Origin: an uncultured Desulfatibacillum sp.
GTDB taxonomy: Bacteria > Desulfobacterota > Desulfobacteria > Desulfobacterales > SpSt-501
Assembly (NCBI GenBank): GCA_964427375.1
Contig: CAYRUF010000005.1
Location: 69,286 to 133,285, forward strand
DNA length: 64,000 nucleotides
Reading direction: 5' to 3'
The position numbers and the translations under genes are program-made. Shown one piece after another: positions 9,902 to 16,992 of this stretch (its first letter is position 1; each line of letters begins with the position of its first letter). Under the pieces are notes generated by a model. It had not been told where the DNA came from. It was given only the letters and a program-made list of their open reading frames with translations, and ran no database searches.

Positions 9902-10178
9902 GTGCTCGTCGTCCTCACCATCTTGGGCCTGGCGGCCGGCGCACCGCTGGCCCTACGTGGTCGGGGCCTTTGGAGTGCTCGCGTTCGCGGCGACGGACCA
10001 GGGGCGGTATCCGGCGGTCCAGCCCCAGCGCATCTTATCCCAGATCGACAGCTTCTCCCTCGTGGCCATGTGCCTCTTTATCACCACCGGGGAAATCATG
10101 AACCGTACCGGCGTCACCCGCGCGCTGGTGGACTTCACCATGTGCCGGGTCGGCCGCCTCCGCGGGGGGTCGGGGTAT
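9902..10178 (+). pseudogene. TRAP transporter large permease (DctM) N-terminal fragment, frameshifted and truncated
   Basis: Two frames read VLVVLTILGLAAGAPLA / PYVVGAFGVLAFAA...ILSQIDSFSLVAMCLFITTGEIMNRTGVTRALVDFTMCRVGRLRGGSGYV. This matches the conserved DctM N-terminus (dSF.LlaiPlFilaGelMn.gGit.rLv.fa..lvG.lrGGl). Only about 100 of roughly 430 expected residues are present. Confidence 0.6.
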
Positions 10179-10205
10179 GTGAAGTGCGGGGGCAGCGACC
10201 GGTCC

Positions 10206-10392
10206 CGGAAGATCGCCGCCGTCTGCGCGGCGGCCGGGATCCCCTGCTACCTCGGAGGCTGCATCGAGACGCACCCGGGGGTTGGGGCCTCGGTTCCCTT
10301 TTCGCGGCGACGCCCAACATCGGTTCCGCGGCCGAGCTGCGCGCGGAGTCGGCCGATGTGGACGAGGAGAAAGTGGCGCGCTACCGGACGCC
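10206..10392 (+). pseudogene. Enolase-superfamily (mandelate racemase/muconate cycloisomerase-like) C-terminal remnant
   Basis: KIAAVCAAAGIPCYLGGCIETHPGVGAS, then after a frameshift LFAATPNIGSAAEL...ADVDEEKVARYR. This resembles the C-terminal barrel strands and the ...LDeeavarYR tail of enolase-superfamily enzymes. Confidence 0.45.
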
Positions 10393-13137
10393 TTATGGAC
10401 CTGCCGAATCGGTGTCGGTGTCCGGCCGGAGGTTGACCGCGGAGACCTTGTATTCCGGGATCTTGGATATCGGGTCGACCGCCGGGCCGGTCAGGAGGTT
10501 GGCGGGAGCTTCGTGCCAGTGGAACGCCATGAAAGCCTGCCCGCGAGCCACCCGCCGGTCGCGGCGGGCGACGGTCCGAATGGCGCCGCGCCGCGAGGCG
10601 ACCCGGATCGGACGGCCGTCGGCCAGGCCGCAGCGTTCGGCATCTTCCGGGTTGACGTCGATCCGGCTGTGCGACACAAGCGTTTCCAGCACCGGCGCGC
10701 GGCGGCTCATGCTGCCGGTGTGCCAGTGCTCCAACACGCGGCCGGTGGTCAGCACGACGGGATAGTCCGCGCTCGGTTCTTCGGCCGGCGGACGGTATGC
10801 CACCACGTGGAACTTGCCCCGGCCGCGGGTAAAACGCTCCGCGTGCAGACGCGGGGTGCCGGGATGGCCTGCATCCCAGACGGGCCATTGCAGGCCGCCG
10901 CACTGCGCCAGTCGCCCGTGGCGGACGCCGGCATAGATCGGCGTGAGCGATGCGATTTCATCCATGATCGCCTCGCTCGAAACATAAGCCATGGAGTAGC
11001 CGCATCGGGTCGCAACGTCCGCCACGATGCGCCAGTCCTCCCGGGCCTCGCTTGGCGCCGGAAGCGCACGGCGCACCAGCTGAATGCGGCGTTCCGTACT
11101 GGTGAAGGTGCCCTCTTTTTCTGCAAAGCAGGCGGCGGGCAGCACGACATCGGCCCGGAGGGCCGTTTCCGTCAGGAAGATGTCCTGGACGACCAGAAAG
11201 CCGATCCGGCTGAAAGCCGTTCGCGCATGGCTCAAATCGGGTTCGCTCATCAGCGGGTTTTCGCCGACCACATACAGCGCGTGCAGCCGTCCCTCGCCGG
11301 CGGCCTGGGCCATCTCCGTCAGCGACAGCCCCGGTTCGGGATCGAGCTCAACCCCCCAGGCCCGCGAAAACCTGGAGCGGACCTCGGCGTCGATCACTTT
11401 CTGGTAGCCGGGGAACACGTTCGGAAGCGCCCCCATGTCGCAGGCCCCCTGCACATTGTTCTGGCCGCGCAGGGGCGAGAAGCCCGTCCCCGGCCGGCCC
11501 ATGTTGCCGGTGAGCATGAGCAGATTGGCGACGGCTTTGACGTTGTCGGTGCCGGTGGTGTGCTGGGTGATCCCCATTCCGTATACGACGACCAGGGTCT
11601 CGGTCGTGCCGAGAATGCGGGCGCTGCGGGCGATGTCAGCCGCCGGGACGCCGGTGACGGCTTCCACGGTATGCGGTTCATAGGCGCCGAGCGAGCGCCG
11701 GAAGAGATCGAAATCCTCGCAGCGTTCGGTGACGAAGTCGGCCTTGAACAGCCCCTCGCGGAGGATGACGTGCATCAGGCCGTTGAGCAGGGCCACGTCG
11801 GTGCCCGGCCGGTGGCACAGGTGCACGGCGGCCATCTCCGCAAGCTCGGTTTGGCGGGGGTCGGCGACGATCAGCCGCGCGCCGTTCAGCCGGACGTTCT
11901 GTTTGATCCTTCGGCCGATGATCGGGTGGCACTCGGTCGTGTTGGAGCCGATCACCAGCAGGGCGGCCGCGCGCCCGATGTCATCGATGCTGTTGCTCAT
12001 AGCCCCCTCGCCGAAGGCAGCCAGAGCGGCCGCCACCGTGGAGGAATGGCACAGCCGGGCGCAGTGGTCGACATTGTTCGTGCGCAGGACGGCCCGGGCG
12101 AATTTCTGCACGATATAGTTCTCCTCATTCGTGCACTTGGCCGAACTCAGCACCCCGACGGCCCGGGGACCTCCTTCCTCGCGCGCGCCTATAAGTCCAG
12201 CCGCCACACGATCCAGGGCTTCCTCCCAGCCGGCTTCGCGGAATAGCTCCGCAACCGCCCCCCGGGTGTGCGACTTGAGAACCCCCTCCCGGCGGATCAA
12301 GGGGCGGGTGAGGCGTTCCGGGTGATGCACGAAATCCAGGCCGAAGCGTCCCTTCACGCACAGGCCGCCCTGGTTCACCGGGCTGCTGCGGTCGCCCTTG
12401 ACCGATACGATGCGGTCCCCGCGGACCCCGAGCGCCATGGAGCAGCCCACTCCGCAGAACGGGCACACCGTCGTAACCTCGCGCTGAGGGACCGCCGCCT
12501 GCTTGGGCACCAGCGCCCCGGTGGGGCAGCGCTCCACGCACTCGCCGCAGGTCTGGCAAACCGACTGCGCCAGGGGCTTCGCACCGAAGGCGCTGACGCG
12601 CGCGCGAAAGCCCCGCGAGGCGAAGTCGATCGCCCCCAGCCCCTGGATTTCATGGCACACCCGCACGCACTTGCCGCACAGGATGCATTTGTTGGGGTCG
12701 AAGGAAAAAGCGGGGTTGGAGTCGTCGATGGGCCTGGCGGCCGCCGTCCGGCGCAGGCGTCCGACGTCGGAAGGCCCCACGCCGAGGTAGCGCGCCACCG
12801 CCAGCAGCTCGCAGTCCCGAGCTTTGAAGCAGGTCAGGCAATCGTTCGGGTGGTTGGCGACGGCCAGCGCGATAATGTTGCGGCGGATGCGGCGGATGGA
12901 CTCGCTTTCCGTGGCGACCACCATGCCGTCCGCGGCCGGGGTGGTGCACGCGGTGGGCAGCCCCCGCAGGCCGTCGATCTGCACGATGCACAGCCGGCAG
13001 GCGCCGAAAGGCTTCAAGAAGGGATCGTCGCAGAGGGTCGGAATGTAGATGCCGGCCGACCGGGCCGCCTGGAGGACGGTCGATCCCGCCGGCGCCTGGA
13101 CGATGCGGCGGTCAATGGTGAGGGAGATCGATTTCAC
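10393..13137 (-). CDS. fdhA: Formate dehydrogenase alpha subunit (molybdopterin, Cys-type) with NuoG-like N-terminal 2Fe-2S/4Fe-4S domains
   Basis: It has an N-terminal 2Fe-2S ferredoxin (CRLCIVQIDG), a HPNDCLTC motif and 2x4Fe-4S (CILCGKCVRVC, CQTCGECVERCP). The MopB 4Fe-4S is TVCPFCGVGCS, the active site is VDHCARLCHSST (Cys at the Sec/Cys position), and RGQNNVQGACDMG is present. I set the start at GTG 13137 (VKSISLTIDRR) with GGAGGA upstream. There is no Tat signal, so the enzyme is cytoplasmic. Confidence 0.9.
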   Translation of the reverse strand: MKSISLTIDRRIVQAPAGSTVLQAARSAGIYIPTLCDDPFLKPFGACRLCIVQIDGLRGLPTACTTPAADGMVVATESESIRRIRRNIIALAVANHPNDCLTCFKARDCELLAVARYLGVGPSDVGRLRRTAAARPIDDSNPAFSFDPNKCILCGKCVRVCHEIQGLGAIDFASRGFRARVSAFGAKPLAQSVCQTCGECVERCPTGALVPKQAAVPQREVTTVCPFCGVGCSMALGVRGDRIVSVKGDRSSPVNQGGLCVKGRFGLDFVHHPERLTRPLIRREGVLKSHTRGAVAELFREAGWEEALDRVAAGLIGAREEGGPRAVGVLSSAKCTNEENYIVQKFARAVLRTNNVDHCARLCHSSTVAAALAAFGEGAMSNSIDDIGRAAALLVIGSNTTECHPIIGRRIKQNVRLNGARLIVADPRQTELAEMAAVHLCHRPGTDVALLNGLMHVILREGLFKADFVTERCEDFDLFRRSLGAYEPHTVEAVTGVPAADIARSARILGTTETLVVVYGMGITQHTTGTDNVKAVANLLMLTGNMGRPGTGFSPLRGQNNVQGACDMGALPNVFPGYQKVIDAEVRSRFSRAWGVELDPEPGLSLTEMAQAAGEGRLHALYVVGENPLMSEPDLSHARTAFSRIGFLVVQDIFLTETALRADVVLPAACFAEKEGTFTSTERRIQLVRRALPAPSEAREDWRIVADVATRCGYSMAYVSSEAIMDEIASLTPIYAGVRHGRLAQCGGLQWPVWDAGHPGTPRLHAERFTRGRGKFHVVAYRPPAEEPSADYPVVLTTGRVLEHWHTGSMSRRAPVLETLVSHSRIDVNPEDAERCGLADGRPIRVASRRGAIRTVARRDRRVARGQAFMAFHWHEAPANLLTGPAVDPISKIPEYKVSAVNLRPDTDTDSAGP

Positions 13138-13163
13138 GACGGCTTCCTCCGCAGGCGGGATCG

Positions 13164-15014
13164 TCAACAGATGGCGATCGCCTGCTGCTTGCAGGACTGG
13201 TAGCACATGCCGCAGCGGGTGCACCGGCTCGTGTCGATGACGTGCGGCGCTTTTTTCTCCCCGGCCACGGCCCCCGTCGGACATTCGCGGGCGCAGCGGT
13301 GGCAGCCCGTACAGCGTTCGGGGTCGATTTCATAGTGAAAAAGATCCCGGCAGACCCCCGCCCGGCATTTGCGGCTATGGACATGACTCTCGTATTCCCC
13401 GCGGAAATAGCGCAGGGTGGAAAGGACCGGGTTGGGCGCGGTCTGCCCCAGCCCGCACAGCGATCCTTTCTGGACGGTCTCGCTCAGGTCGGCCAGCAGG
13501 TCGAGATCCGCCTCCCGGCCGCGGCCGCCGCAGATGTCCTCCAGGATGTCGAGCATCTGTCGGGTTCCCAGGCGGCAGGGCAGGCACTTGCCGCAGGATT
13601 CCGCCTGGGTGAAGCTCAGGAAGTAGCGCGCCACGTCCACCATGCAGGTGTCCTGGTCCATGACCACCATGCCGCCGGAGCCCATGATGGAGCCGGCCGC
13701 CACGAGGGATTCGTAGTCGGCCGGCAGGTCGAAACGGCCGGCCGGGATGCAGCCTCCGGAAGGCCCGCCCGTCTGGACCGCCTTGAGGGCCTTGCCCTCG
13801 GGCGCGCCGCCGCCGATGCCCTCGATGATGTCGCCCAGGCTCATTCCGAGAGGAACTTCGATCAGGCCGGTGCGGCGGATCTTGCCGGCCAACGAAAACG
13901 TCTTGGTGCCCTTGCTGGATTCGGTGCCGAAGCGGGAATACCATTCGGCTCCGCGCTGCAGGATGGCGGAGACGTTGCCGAGCGTCTCGACGTTGTTGAT
14001 GGTGGTGGGCTCGCCCCACAAGCCGGACTGGGCCGGAAACGGAGGCCGGGATCGGGGCATGCCGCGCTCGCCTTGAATCGAGGCCATCAAGGCGGTCTCC
14101 TCGCCGCAGACAAAGGCTCCGGCGCCTTGTTTGATCGCGACCTGGAACCGGAACCGGCTGCCCAATACGTTCCGGCCCAGGAGGCCGCAACGCTGCATAT
14201 CGGCGATGGCTTTTTCCAGACGGGCGATGGCCAGCGGGTATTCGGCGCGCGCGTAGATGTAGCCTTCGTCGGCGCCGATGGCATAGGCGGCGATGAGCAT
14301 GCCTTCCAGCACGGCGTGCGGATCGCCCTCCAGCAGCGCGCGGTCCATGAAGGCGCCGGGGTCGCCTTCGTCGGCGTTGCAGACGATGTACTTCGATCGG
14401 CCGGGGGCCCGGCGGGCGAAAGCCCATTTGGTCCCGGTGGGAAAGCCGGCCCCGCCGCGGCCGCGCAGCCCGGAGTCCGTGACTTCGCGGATCACCGCTT
14501 CGGGCGGCATGTCCAGGGCGCGCTTGAGGCCGGCGTAGCCGCCGCGGGCGATGTAGTGGTCGATGTGGGTCGGGTCGATATGCCCGCAGTTGCGCAGAGC
14601 GATGCGAACCTGGGAGCGCATCATCGGGTGCCGCTCCATGGGCGGGATGCCCTCGATCTCGCCTTGGCCGCAAGTGAACTCCGCCCAACGCCGGCAGGGA
14701 TCGTCCTGTTTCAGGTAGCGGGTGAGGATCGTCTCGGTTTTTTCCGGCGTCAGCCCACCGTAGAAGATCGCCGGCCTTCCCGGCTTGCGGACGCTCATGA
14801 GGGGCTCGGCATAGCACATGCCGATGCAGCCGACCTCCATGAAGCGGGCCAGGACACGAGCCGATTTCAACGTCTTTTTGGCGGCGGCCAGGACCTGTTC
14901 GGCACCCGAAGCGCGGCCGCAGGTCCCCATGCCGATGGCGATCAACGGCTGCGGAAGGTTTTCCAGCCACGCCCACTCCCGTTCCGCCTTGGCTTGCAGC
15001 GACTGGTAGTCCAT
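13164..15014 (-). CDS. NuoF/HydB(HndC)-type NAD(P)H-FMN flavoprotein with N-terminal thioredoxin-like 2Fe-2S and C-terminal 2x[4Fe-4S] domains
   Basis: 616 aa with GRGGAGFPTGTKW, CNADEGDPGAF, ESCGKCLPCRLG and a C-terminal CTGCHRCARECP...CTRCGMCYQSC. The N-terminus has GTCGRASG...GCIGMCYAEP. Confidence 0.9.
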   Translation of the reverse strand: MDYQSLQAKAEREWAWLENLPQPLIAIGMGTCGRASGAEQVLAAAKKTLKSARVLARFMEVGCIGMCYAEPLMSVRKPGRPAIFYGGLTPEKTETILTRYLKQDDPCRRWAEFTCGQGEIEGIPPMERHPMMRSQVRIALRNCGHIDPTHIDHYIARGGYAGLKRALDMPPEAVIREVTDSGLRGRGGAGFPTGTKWAFARRAPGRSKYIVCNADEGDPGAFMDRALLEGDPHAVLEGMLIAAYAIGADEGYIYARAEYPLAIARLEKAIADMQRCGLLGRNVLGSRFRFQVAIKQGAGAFVCGEETALMASIQGERGMPRSRPPFPAQSGLWGEPTTINNVETLGNVSAILQRGAEWYSRFGTESSKGTKTFSLAGKIRRTGLIEVPLGMSLGDIIEGIGGGAPEGKALKAVQTGGPSGGCIPAGRFDLPADYESLVAAGSIMGSGGMVVMDQDTCMVDVARYFLSFTQAESCGKCLPCRLGTRQMLDILEDICGGRGREADLDLLADLSETVQKGSLCGLGQTAPNPVLSTLRYFRGEYESHVHSRKCRAGVCRDLFHYEIDPERCTGCHRCARECPTGAVAGEKKAPHVIDTSRCTRCGMCYQSCKQQAIAIC

Positions 15015-15023
15015 GGCCTCCCC

Positions 15024-16022
15024 CTAATCCTCCTCCGGCCGCTCCGGGATGGGGATGCGCTCCTGCTCCCGAATGTCAGCGAAACACCGGCAGGCACTGG
15101 CCGGGTTCATGCGGCCCTTGACGGAATCGTCCACCACCATGACCGGCGCAATGGCGCAGGAACCGAAGCAGGCCACGGTTTCGAGGGTGAACTGCCGGTC
15201 CGGCGACGTCTCCCCGGGAGACAGCTCGAAGCGGTGATGGATTTCCTCCAGAATGCGGTCCGAGCCTTTGACGTGGCAGGCCGTGCCGCGGCAGACGCGG
15301 ACGATGTGGCGGCCGACGGGGGCGAGGCGGAACTGCTCGTAGAAGGTGGCGGTGCCGAAAACGGCGGCAGCCGGCCGCCCGGTCAGCTGCGCGACGGCCT
15401 CGAGGGCGTTCTCCGGCAGATATCCCAATCGCCCCTGAACCATCTGGAGCATGGGAATCACCTCGTCGGGCCGGCCGGCGAATTGACTGCGCAGCTCGGC
15501 CAGGAGGCGGTCGATGCGGGCCGGGTCCTCGCGGGTCAGATGCAGGTCCGCTTCGAGCGGCGCGGCCGGCGGCGCCGGCGCCGGCACGGGGTGCGCGGCC
15601 TCCGGTGCCGTTGCCTTCTTCGAACCCAGGGCGCCTTTGACCGCCGAAACGAATTCGTCTTCGCTGAACGGCTTGGAGAGATAGTCTGCCGCCCCGAGTT
15701 TCATGGCCGTGACCGCCGAGTCCACCGTGGAATAGCCGGTGATCACGATCACGCCGGTTTCCGGCCGGTCGTGCTTGACCTGCCGAATCACCTCCAGGCC
15801 GTCGATGTCGGGAAGACGCAGGTCGGCGATGAGCAGGTCGACCTCCTTGTGATGGAACGTGTCCAGCGCGGCCTGGCCGGACATGGCCAGGTCCACGGCG
15901 CGGTAGCCCTCTTCGTCCAGGATCATCTGAAGCCCCCTGGCCACGCTGGTTTCGTCTTCCAGCACCAGAATCTGCGGCCATGGGCGTTCTGCCGAATGGA
16001 CGGCTTCCTGCAGCGCATTCAT
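15024..16022 (-). CDS. Response-regulator receiver domain fused to NuoE/HydC-type [2Fe-2S] ferredoxin subunit
   Basis: Start at ATG 16022 (MNALQEAV...). REC motifs are ILVLEDE, DLLIADLRLPDIDG, VITGYS and YLSKPF. An Ala/Pro linker is followed by NuoE motifs VCRGTACHVKG and ACFGSCAIAPV. Confidence 0.85.
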   Translation of the reverse strand: MNALQEAVHSAERPWPQILVLEDETSVARGLQMILDEEGYRAVDLAMSGQAALDTFHHKEVDLLIADLRLPDIDGLEVIRQVKHDRPETGVIVITGYSTVDSAVTAMKLGAADYLSKPFSEDEFVSAVKGALGSKKATAPEAAHPVPAPAPPAAPLEADLHLTREDPARIDRLLAELRSQFAGRPDEVIPMLQMVQGRLGYLPENALEAVAQLTGRPAAAVFGTATFYEQFRLAPVGRHIVRVCRGTACHVKGSDRILEEIHHRFELSPGETSPDRQFTLETVACFGSCAIAPVMVVDDSVKGRMNPASACRCFADIREQERIPIPERPEED

Positions 16023-16056
16023 GCGGGTGTCCCCCTGTGCGATGGAGCGGCCCGGC

Positions 16057-16752
16057 CTACCAGGCCTCCCGTTCCAGCCGATGGTAGATGAATCGGAGCT
16101 GATCGCCCGAAAGGGTCTCGACGTGTTCACGGAGCCACTGCACGTCGCCCGAGGCGATCGCCGCCTTGGCTTCGGCGGTCAGCCGGTAGCCGTCCAGAAC
16201 CGCGGAACCCCGCTCCATCAGCTCCTTCCAGAAGCCTTCGTCCAGCCGGGTGCGGTCCAGTACCGCGACGACCTCGCGTTTCTGGATGAGCTTGTCTTCC
16301 TCGCACTTTTCAACCTTCTGGATCACCTCTTCGGTGGGGGCCGATTTATGGCCCTTGAGCGCGTCGCCCACGGCCGTTTTGATCTCATCCTCGGTGAAGG
16401 GCTTGGGCAGGTAGTCGAACGTGCCCAGCTTCATCGCATCCACCGCGGAGGAAACGCTCGCATAGCCGGTGATAACCACCACACCGGTCTCGGGCCGCCG
16501 CGTCTTCACCTCGCGGATAACGTCCAGGCCGCTGATATCCGGCAGCCGCAGGTCCGCCACCAGCAGGTCGAACGCCTTCTGCGAGAAGCGATCCAGGGCA
16601 TCGCGTCCGGTCATGGCCAAATCCACGGCGTAGCCTTCTTCGCCGAGAACGATTTCAAGGCCCTTGGCCACGCTCATTTCATCCTCCATCACGAGAATCC
16701 TGGGCGGGACCGGGTGCGGTCGGCTGATGGTGGTGTCTTGGAAGGTAAACAT
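16057..16752 (-). CDS. Stand-alone receiver-domain protein with unassigned ~85-aa C-terminal helical domain
   Basis: Start at ATG 16752 (MFTFQDTT...), preceded by GAGGAGGA. REC motifs are ILVMEDE, DLLVADLRLPDISG, VITGYA and YLPKPF. The C-terminus (LDEGFWKELMERGSAVLDGYRLTAEAKAAIASGDVQWL...) faintly resembles LigA-subunit/NHLP-type helical domains. Confidence 0.8.
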   Translation of the reverse strand: MFTFQDTTISRPHPVPPRILVMEDEMSVAKGLEIVLGEEGYAVDLAMTGRDALDRFSQKAFDLLVADLRLPDISGLDVIREVKTRRPETGVVVITGYASVSSAVDAMKLGTFDYLPKPFTEDEIKTAVGDALKGHKSAPTEEVIQKVEKCEEDKLIQKREVVAVLDRTRLDEGFWKELMERGSAVLDGYRLTAEAKAAIASGDVQWLREHVETLSGDQLRFIYHRLEREAW

Positions 16753-16791
16753 GGTCGATCCTCCTCTTTGAGCGGTCCTGCCATGGTATGT

Positions 16792-16807
16792 AGCAAGCCG
16801 CATGCCG
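16792..16807 (-). promoter_or_regulatory. Sigma-54 (-24/-12) promoter of the REC-REC/NuoE-NuoF-FdhA operon
   Basis: The minus strand reads CGGCATGCGGCTTGCT against the consensus TGGCACG-N4-TTGCW, with correct GG-N10-GC spacing. It lies about 40 nt upstream of ATG 16752. Confidence 0.6.
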
Positions 16808-16846
16808 CTCGCAGGAGCAACTCGGGCGCTTATGAATTTAATGAAA

Positions 16847-16859
16847 TATCAATTTGTTG
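16847..16859. promoter_or_regulatory. IHF-like site between enhancer repeats and the sigma-54 promoter
   Basis: TATCAATTTGTTG matches WATCAANNNNTTR inside an AT-rich patch. Confidence 0.35.
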
Positions 16860-16902
16860 GAAGTGGGCTGGGAATTGGAAGGCCGGCTTTCGGGATTGAA
16901 AG

Positions 16903-16983
16903 CGTATCGCCAACCATACGCCGGCGGCCGGGACCGATCTATTTTACTACTAAATTCGATTAGTTATTACCGTATGATTGGCG
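16903..16983. promoter_or_regulatory. Candidate enhancer (UAS): inverted copies of a 13-bp motif
   Basis: CGCCAACCATACG (16908-16920) and its reverse complement with one mismatch, CGTATGATTGGCG (16971-16983). The first copy also forms a local palindrome, CGTAT-N8-ATACG (16903-16920). Both lie 100-175 bp upstream of the -24 element. Confidence 0.4.
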
Positions 16984-16992
16984 GAACGCCAG

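Noticed and set aside
9761-10765. 334-aa plus-strand ORF (and the 195-aa ORF at 9849-10436) as real genes.
   Set aside because: They are composites. They read through DctM and enolase-superfamily fragments in shifting frames and then run antisense into the 3' end of fdhA. They are better explained as pseudogene remnants.
12000-12100. A selenocysteine (in-frame TGA) in the formate dehydrogenase.
   Set aside because: The frame is uninterrupted and the active-site position reads Cys (HCARLCHSS). No SECIS is needed.
10393-13284. N-terminal extensions of many track ORFs. These are the track start positions, by strand: minus 13284, 16130, 16803, 6671, 7294, 22184, 23025, 23789, 46403, 47425, 51134, 59114; plus 19699, 31249, 33630, 35326, 49688.
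   Set aside because: The extensions overlap the preceding gene or translate repeat or promoter DNA into Arg/Pro/Gly-rich sequence. In each case an internal ATG or GTG with a Shine-Dalgarno motif matches the expected family N-terminus.
13242-16091. 949-aa ORF on the plus strand, with similar long ORFs at 10282-12246 (+) and 12268-13203 (+).
   Set aside because: It is antisense to the well-supported NuoF-like, REC-NuoE and FdhA genes. Its composition is Arg/Gly/Ala/Pro-rich with no recognisable motifs, which is typical of a shadow ORF in GC-rich DNA.
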